A stretch of DNA of 30,458 nucleotides from an archaeon (lineage in GTDB: Archaea; Methanobacteriota_B; Thermococci; Methanofastidiosales; NM3): positions 1 through 30,458 of the forward strand of contig RXIG01000022.1 of the NCBI GenBank assembly GCA_004212155.1, in the 5' to 3' direction. The notes beneath the pieces were generated by a model. The model was not told the origin of the DNA. It did not search any database and was given only the letters and a program-made list of their open reading frames with translations. The stretch's first letter is position 1. Each line of letters opens with the position of its first letter. The translations under genes were made by a program, and so were the position numbers. Shown here piece by piece: positions 25,502 to 30,458 of the stretch.

Positions 25502-26167
25502 TTATAAACGTTGCCCAATGTCGACAAGACCCGCATCTGAGAGGACGAAATAGCACGTCCTCCCCTCGGGGAGGAAGGGGTGGCGCACGAGGAGCGCCTT
25601 CCTGCGCGAGTTCGTCTTGCGTTCGAGCATGATGATGACCTTCGACCAGTAGCGCACGGTGTTGCCGCCGATGGGAACGAGCTCGTTGGAGTCGAACTTC
25701 CCGTATACGTGGTTCGTGATGATAACGGGGATGTTGCGTTTGCGGGCGATGCGCGAGAGGACGAGCAGCTGGAGGCTCAGGTCGCTAACGAGCTCCACTC
25801 GCTTGTCGGCGTCCGTCGCGTCGACCTTGTAAAGCGACACGAGCGAGTCGATAACGATAAGCCCCACGTCGTCGGAAAGCGAGCCCTCAAGGCCGCGGAC
25901 GATGGCCGTCTGCTCCTCAAGCGTGTCGGGGTTGAACACGCGTATGTCGCGCAGGAGCTTCGTGCCGCCCATCTGGACCGCACGTTCTGCTGAAAATCCG
26001 TTCTCCGTATCGATGTATACGGTGCGCCTGCCCGCATCTGAGACTGCCTTGGCAGCCTGAAGGCAGTAGGACGTCTTGCCTGTGGCATACTCACCGTAGA
26101 CCTGCGTGATCGACCCGTCGAGCAGTCCCTTGCTCAACAGATCGAGAGGGGGGCACCCGATCTCCAT
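25502..26167 (-). CDS. radB: DNA repair and recombination protein RadB
   Basis: RecA core without the RadA N-terminal HhH: GC..LD.L..G, ITQVYG..ATGKT, YIDTENGFS.ER, IVIDSL, VIITNHVY, GG...RYWSK, basic RHP patch. Confidence 0.9.
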   Translation of the reverse strand: MEIGCPPLDLLSKGLLDGSITQVYGEYATGKTSYCLQAAKAVSDAGRRTVYIDTENGFSAERAVQMGGTKLLRDIRVFNPDTLEEQTAIVRGLEGSLSDDVGLIVIDSLVSLYKVDATDADKRVELVSDLSLQLLVLSRIARKRNIPVIITNHVYGKFDSNELVPIGGNTVRYWSKVIIMLERKTNSRRKALLVRHPFLPEGRTCYFVLSDAGLVDIGQRL

Positions 26168-26180
26168 CGCACACACCAAT

Positions 26181-26213
26181 CTTTATATGGTAGTTCCCCG
26201 AGCATCTTATAAA
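26181..26213. promoter_or_regulatory. Compact divergent promoter region radB/nurA
   Basis: TTTATAT on + (26182-26188) and TTTATAAG on - (26213-26206) within a 57-bp intergenic gap; AGGTGA RBS before nurA. Confidence 0.55.
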
Positions 26214-26224
26214 GGTGATGCCCG

Positions 26225-27073
26225 GTGCCGACCCCACTAAAAGATCTCGTTTCACAGCTCCGCAACGGCAGGGACAAGCATCCCATGTCCCAGGAAACGG
26301 AGCCTGTCGGAGAACCGCTGCCTGAGCCTGTAGCAGCCATCGACGGCGGATCGAGCATGCTCTGGTCGAACGGCCGCAGGTCGATAGGCGTTGTGAGATG
26401 GGGATATGTCGTCTACGAGCCAACGTTTGAGATCCGGTGCGCCCGTACGCACAGCGAGTTCTTGCTCGTCGAGGAAGGAAGCGAACAGCTTGACGAGGCC
26501 CGGCATCGGCGCGAGGTCGAGACGATACGCGAGGCGGCATTGCATGCGCGATACGTGCTTGTCGACGGGGCCCTTGACGCGTCGTCAGGACCGCTGCTTG
26601 CCGACGTGCTAGACGATGTCACGCCGGAGACAACGGTGGTCGGCGTGTCGAAGAAGAGCTCCCTTTCCGCGACCGGCGGCGACTACCCCGAGACATGGTA
26701 CTCCCTTCCGCCACGCACCTATGTCTTGCCAACCATGGCGCGCGAGAGGGAATCGGCGCTGCCTGGCACGACCCTGTCGTTTGCCTCACTGCACGCCCTT
26801 GGCCCAACGCTTCGCATCGATGTGGCAGGCGACCTGGAGCGTGCGCTCAGGGTGGCGCGCCACTATGCGGGATACCGCCTCTGTCCCGGCTACCCGTTCC
26901 CGCTCATCGAGGCCCATCGGGCATGCTGCCTCGATGACAAGAAGCACATCTATGAAACGATGCTGCAAAGGGAGATGGGACGCCAGGGCCTGCTCAGGGA
27001 CTACGTGCGGGGAAAGAAAAGAGGGGAACGGACGGCGTATGAGATACACACCGTCCTTGACGGCCTCGTCTAG
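26225..27073 (+). CDS. nurA: NurA-domain nuclease (RNase H-like)
   Basis: VAAIDGGS, conserved E (RRREVE region), VLVDGAL, VVGVSKKS, GYPFPLIEAH. Confidence 0.8.
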   Translation: MPTPLKDLVSQLRNGRDKHPMSQETEPVGEPLPEPVAAIDGGSSMLWSNGRRSIGVVRWGYVVYEPTFEIRCARTHSEFLLVEEGSEQLDEARHRREVETIREAALHARYVLVDGALDASSGPLLADVLDDVTPETTVVGVSKKSSLSATGGDYPETWYSLPPRTYVLPTMARERESALPGTTLSFASLHALGPTLRIDVAGDLERALRVARHYAGYRLCPGYPFPLIEAHRACCLDDKKHIYETMLQREMGRQGLLRDYVRGKKRGERTAYEIHTVLDGLV

Positions 27074-27504
27074 TCGGGTATGACGACCGTCTTTGCTGCC
27101 ATGTCGCCCAAACGCTGCCTTTCGTTTGAAATGAGTATCATGATTATCCCGAATATGTACAATGTCGGGAGGTAGTCGATGATGCGCAACAGGTTGCGTA
27201 TGAAGGCGGTCACGAGGTCCATGGGGGCCCCGTCCTCCCGAACGACGCGTATGTGCATGATGCGCTTGCCAAGCGACTGACCCGATGTTCCCTCGAGTAT
27301 GGTAAAGTACAGTATCCAGAGCACGGTCGTGACGATCATGACCGTGAACATGGCGGCGATCGCCTCTGCGACGTTGCCAGTGGAGATGGCAAAGCTCGCG
27401 CCTCCGATGCCGAGCGCGATGAGGACGCCGGTAACGATCCCGATAAGTATCTGATCGATGATGGCCGCTACGGCCCGTTCTACCAATCCTGCATAATCAC
27501 TCAT
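27070..27504 (-). CDS. RDD family membrane protein
   Basis: ERAVAAIID, GQSLGKRIMHIRVV, IRNLLRIID, QRLGDMAAKTVV. AGGTGA RBS. Confidence 0.92.
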   Translation of the reverse strand: MSDYAGLVERAVAAIIDQILIGIVTGVLIALGIGGASFAISTGNVAEAIAAMFTVMIVTTVLWILYFTILEGTSGQSLGKRIMHIRVVREDGAPMDLVTAFIRNLLRIIDYLPTLYIFGIIMILISNERQRLGDMAAKTVVIPD

Positions 27505-27581
27505 AGTATCACCTAAGTCATTACTGGGATACGCTATCACTTTAAAAAGGTTTATTGCAGCCCTGGGCGCGTGAGCGTTCC

Positions 27582-28241
27582 TTACCTTGTGCGCTTGCCA
27601 AAGATTGCCTCGCCGATCCGCACCATCGTTGCCCCCTCCTCGACGGCAACACGGTACGTGTTCGACATGCCCATCGACAGCACGCATGCGTCATCGGAAA
27701 GCATCGGTTTCCTGCATATCGTGTCAAAGAGCTTGCGGGTGATGGAAAAGTATGGCCGTGCGTCCTCCGGGTCCTCGACGAACGGGCCCATCGTCATGAG
27801 GCCCCTGAGTGTGACGTGTTCAAGCTCCGATACCTCACGGGCGAGCTGCAGCGCGCCCTCGGGGAGCACGCCCTCCTTTTGCTCCTCATTGCCGCTGTTA
27901 ACCTCAAGCAGTATCGGCATGACGACGTCCTTGGCCTCTGCCCGCTTGTCGATGTGCTGGGCGGTGGCAAGCGAGTCGACCGTCTCTATCATGCCAAAAT
28001 GTTCGATGAGCTTGTTGATCTTGTTCTTCTGGATCCGTCCGATGTAGTGCCATCGAACATCATGGCCTATCTCCTCGATGACGGGGATGGCCTCCTGGAG
28101 GTAGTTCTGTCCGAAGGTCGTGATGCCTGCATCGATGGCCTCGCGCACCTCATCTGCCGTCCTGGTCTTGGCCGCCGCCTGGATGACCACGGACCGAGGT
28201 AGCGAGTCGCGGATCTTTTCGATGTTCTCCCTGATGCCCAT
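27582..28241 (-). CDS. yggS: YggS family pyridoxal phosphate homeostasis protein
   Basis: AAAKT, FGQNYLQE, WHYIGRIQKNK, LLEVNSG.E.QKEG, GLMTMG, LSMGMS, GATMVRIGEAIFG.R. Confidence 0.95.
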   Translation of the reverse strand: MGIRENIEKIRDSLPRSVVIQAAAKTRTADEVREAIDAGITTFGQNYLQEAIPVIEEIGHDVRWHYIGRIQKNKINKLIEHFGMIETVDSLATAQHIDKRAEAKDVVMPILLEVNSGNEEQKEGVLPEGALQLAREVSELEHVTLRGLMTMGPFVEDPEDARPYFSITRKLFDTICRKPMLSDDACVLSMGMSNTYRVAVEEGATMVRIGEAIFGKRTR

Positions 28242-28346
28242 GTTCCCACTCACCGATGTTACATCCCTAGAATGTATATAAAATTTATGTAGCTTTATTT
28301 TTAGGACCATAAGTATGATAAATTATGATAATATACTATATGTCGT

Positions 28347-29180
28347 ATGAAACGAAAGATTATCCATATTGACGAGGACACGTGTGACGGATGCGGCGAG
28401 TGCATCCCGGAATGCCCTGAAGGGGCGATACAGATCATCGACGGCAAGGCGCGTCTCGTGAGCGACCTGTTCTGCGACGGCCTCGGCGCCTGCCTGGGAA
28501 GCTGTCCCAACGATGCCATCACCATCGAGGAGCGTGAGGCAGAGCCCTATGACGAAAGGCTGGTGATGGAGCGCATCGTGGAGGGAGGGCCCTCGCTCAT
28601 CGAGGCGCATCTGCGCCATCTCAAGGACCACGGCGCCACCGACTATCTGCAGGAGGCAGTATCGTATCTCGAGGAGAACGGTATCAACGTGCCAACCATC
28701 ACGGGCGGCAAGGCGCATGCGTGTGCTGGGACATGCCCCGGTCGCGAGGCACGCACGCTCGAAACGACAGAAGGCCAGGAGAGGGCGGCATCTACCACTT
28801 CGCGTCTCGGCCACTGGCCCGTGCAGCTGCATCTCCTGTCCCCCTTAGCGCCCTACTTCAAGGAAGCCGACGTCCTCCTGGTCGCCGACTGCGTCGCCTA
28901 TGCGCTCGCGGGATTCCACGACCGATTCCTTGCGGGAAAGAGCATCGCCATCGCCTGTCCAAAGCTTGATTCGAACAAGGACGCCTATATCGAGAAGCTG
29001 CGGCTCATGATTAACGAGGCGAAGATCAACACGCTCACTGTCATCAAGATGGAGGTTCCGTGCTGTTCCGGTATCGTCAGGCTGGCGCAGGAGGCTGCCT
29101 CCCGCGCATCGAGGAAGGTGCCCATCAAGAGCATCACGGTAAGCATCCGTGGCGAGATCATCGAAGAGAAATGGATTTAA
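28347..29180 (+). CDS. 4Fe-4S ferredoxin-domain iron-sulfur protein with C-terminal Cys-containing domain
   Basis: [54 protein letters not shown]. Confidence 0.88.
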   Translation: MKRKIIHIDEDTCDGCGECIPECPEGAIQIIDGKARLVSDLFCDGLGACLGSCPNDAITIEEREAEPYDERLVMERIVEGGPSLIEAHLRHLKDHGATDYLQEAVSYLEENGINVPTITGGKAHACAGTCPGREARTLETTEGQERAASTTSRLGHWPVQLHLLSPLAPYFKEADVLLVADCVAYALAGFHDRFLAGKSIAIACPKLDSNKDAYIEKLRLMINEAKINTLTVIKMEVPCCSGIVRLAQEAASRASRKVPIKSITVSIRGEIIEEKWI

Positions 29181-29196
29181 ATTATATATAGAAAAT

Positions 29197-29204
29197 TTTA
29201 TAAA
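29197..29204 (+). promoter_or_regulatory. TATA box of tRNA-Gly
   Basis: TTTATAAA preceded by purine-rich GAAAA, about 35 nt upstream of the mature tRNA 5' end. Confidence 0.55.
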
Positions 29205-29238
29205 CTGGTTCATGGATGTAAGTGCGCTTAAAAAGAGT

Positions 29239-29311
29239 GCGGCCGTAGTGTAGTGGCCCAGCACTTGAGCCTTCCAAGCTCATAACCCGGGTTCAAATCC
29301 CGGCGGCCGCA
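29239..29311 (+). tRNA. tRNA-Gly (anticodon TCC), no intron, CCA not encoded
   Basis: Acceptor stem GCGGCCG/CGGCCGC, D arm GTG...CAC, anticodon stem TGAGC/GCTCA with loop CTTCCAA, T arm CCGGG-TTCAAAT-CCCGG, discriminator A. Confidence 0.97.
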
Positions 29312-29455
29312 CTGCGCTTTCTTCCACGGCATTATTTTTGCATAGTGATTTTACAACTCATTGCAAATGAAAAAATAAGTCAATATTGATTCTTTTTTAA
29401 AGAAAGAATGAAAAATTTATTAGTAAGCTCGTAGATATGTAATACGGGTAATACA

Positions 29456-30244
29456 ATGGGTGATATAAAGGTAGGTACCTGTGGGTACCAGCGTTATGAT
29501 CCCCCAGGTGATTGGAAGAAGAAGTACAAGAACAAGCTGCAAGCCTATTCTGACGAATTCGAGACCTGTGAGCTGAACAGGACTTTCTATAAACTGCCCA
29601 TGACGCGAACGGCAAAGCGCTGGCGCCATGATGTCATGGAGGGATTCGATTTTACGATGAAGGCGTGGCAGGCGCTCACGCATCCGACGAGTAGCCCCAC
29701 ATGGAGGAAACGAAAGGACGACCTGACCGTCGAGCAAAGCGAGTCGTACGGACATCTTCACCCGAACGAAGAGGTGTTCCATGCGTGGGGACGGACACGG
29801 GACGTTGCCGAAGCGCTCGATGCGAGCGTATGCGTCCTGCAGACGCCCCAGCGATTCGACTGCTGCGAGGAGAACGAGGAGAACATGGAGGAACTGCTCT
29901 CCGAGGTCGACCGGAACGGTATGCATCTCGCCTGGGAGCCGCGCGGCGACTGGTTGGAGCATCCTTCGGAGGTAAAGAAGGTATGCAAGCGGTGCGACCT
30001 CGTGCACATCGTCGACCTGATGCGACGTGATCCGGTCGCCACGGGCGACGTGGCATACGTGCGTCTGCACGGCCTCAACGAGGACGAGTACAACTACGAC
30101 TATGCCTACTCTGATGGTGAGCTCGAGGAACTGGTGCAGAAGCTGGAGCGCCTTGCGCGTACCCATGATACGGTATACTGTATGTTCAACAACACCTGCA
30201 TGTTTGACAACGCCATGAAACTGCGTGAGATAATATCCGGATGA
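29456..30244 (+). CDS. DUF72 (YecE) family protein
   Basis: IKVGTCG, ELNRTFY, FTMKAWQALTH, VLQTP..F, WEPRG, YVRLHG, YAYSD.EL, YCMFNN..M..NA. Confidence 0.92.
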   Translation: MGDIKVGTCGYQRYDPPGDWKKKYKNKLQAYSDEFETCELNRTFYKLPMTRTAKRWRHDVMEGFDFTMKAWQALTHPTSSPTWRKRKDDLTVEQSESYGHLHPNEEVFHAWGRTRDVAEALDASVCVLQTPQRFDCCEENEENMEELLSEVDRNGMHLAWEPRGDWLEHPSEVKKVCKRCDLVHIVDLMRRDPVATGDVAYVRLHGLNEDEYNYDYAYSDGELEELVQKLERLARTHDTVYCMFNNTCMFDNAMKLREIISG

Positions 30245-30429
30245 CGGTGTACTGAGAAAAAAGATGAATTTCTGCGTATTTGATTAAAAAGCATTAGTTT
30301 AGCCAATTTTCCCTTAATTACATAGACGATTGTGCCTTCGTAACTGAACACTGTTCCTTAACATACGTTCGTTTCCTTTTTAAATGCCTCAACCACACGC
30401 CATATCAAGACCTTGAAGAGGTGCATATC

Positions 30430-30458
30430 ATGATGAAGAAACTCATACCACTGTTTGG
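30430..30458 (+). CDS. 5' fragment of a gene truncated by the window edge (MMKKLIPLF...)
   Basis: GAGGTG RBS at 30418-30423 and a signal-peptide-like start; too short to assign. Confidence 0.45.

Noticed and set aside
1-30458. CRISPR arrays, rRNA, further tRNAs, in-frame Sec/Pyl recoding
   Set aside because: None seen by eye, and the recognised genes appear full length without needing readthrough. A covariance-model scan would be needed to exclude small ncRNAs.

Overview
Gene-dense, high-GC archaeal chromosomal window: AT-rich intergenic TATA boxes, (G)AGGTGA ribosome-binding sites, and a tRNA with no encoded CCA. The Thermococci-like DRG GTPase together with cofD and TPR-bearing surface proteins suggests a Methanofastidiosa/Theionarchaea-type euryarchaeon; this is inference only. 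The centrepiece is a translationally coupled operon for the core of the archaeal (Aeropyrum-type) modified mevalonate pathway: mevalonate kinase-like GHMP kinase, UbiX, UbiD-family anhydromevalonate phosphate decarboxylase, and AcnX large and small phosphomevalonate dehydratase subunits. Its kinase has non-canonical residues at both classical catalytic positions (Lys->Asn, Asp->Glu). The window also holds an IS5-family transposase and glnA, which is divergent from a wHTH gene and two paralogous Ig-like/TPR surface proteins sharing a GECxEGCxP motif. Other genes are DRG, MDP-1, Nnr, a site-2 protease, XPD, an E1-like enzyme, GNAT/MJ0144/cofD, DUF134/DUF5320, coaD, an RsmB/NOP2 methylase, radB back-to-back with an orphan nurA, RDD, yggS, an Fe-S protein, tRNA-Gly(TCC) and DUF72. 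Several credible small ORFs absent from or mis-started in the ORF track were read directly. No CRISPR array or rRNA was seen. Start codons were adjusted by hand using RBS and overlap evidence. All family assignments come from motif recognition, not database searches.
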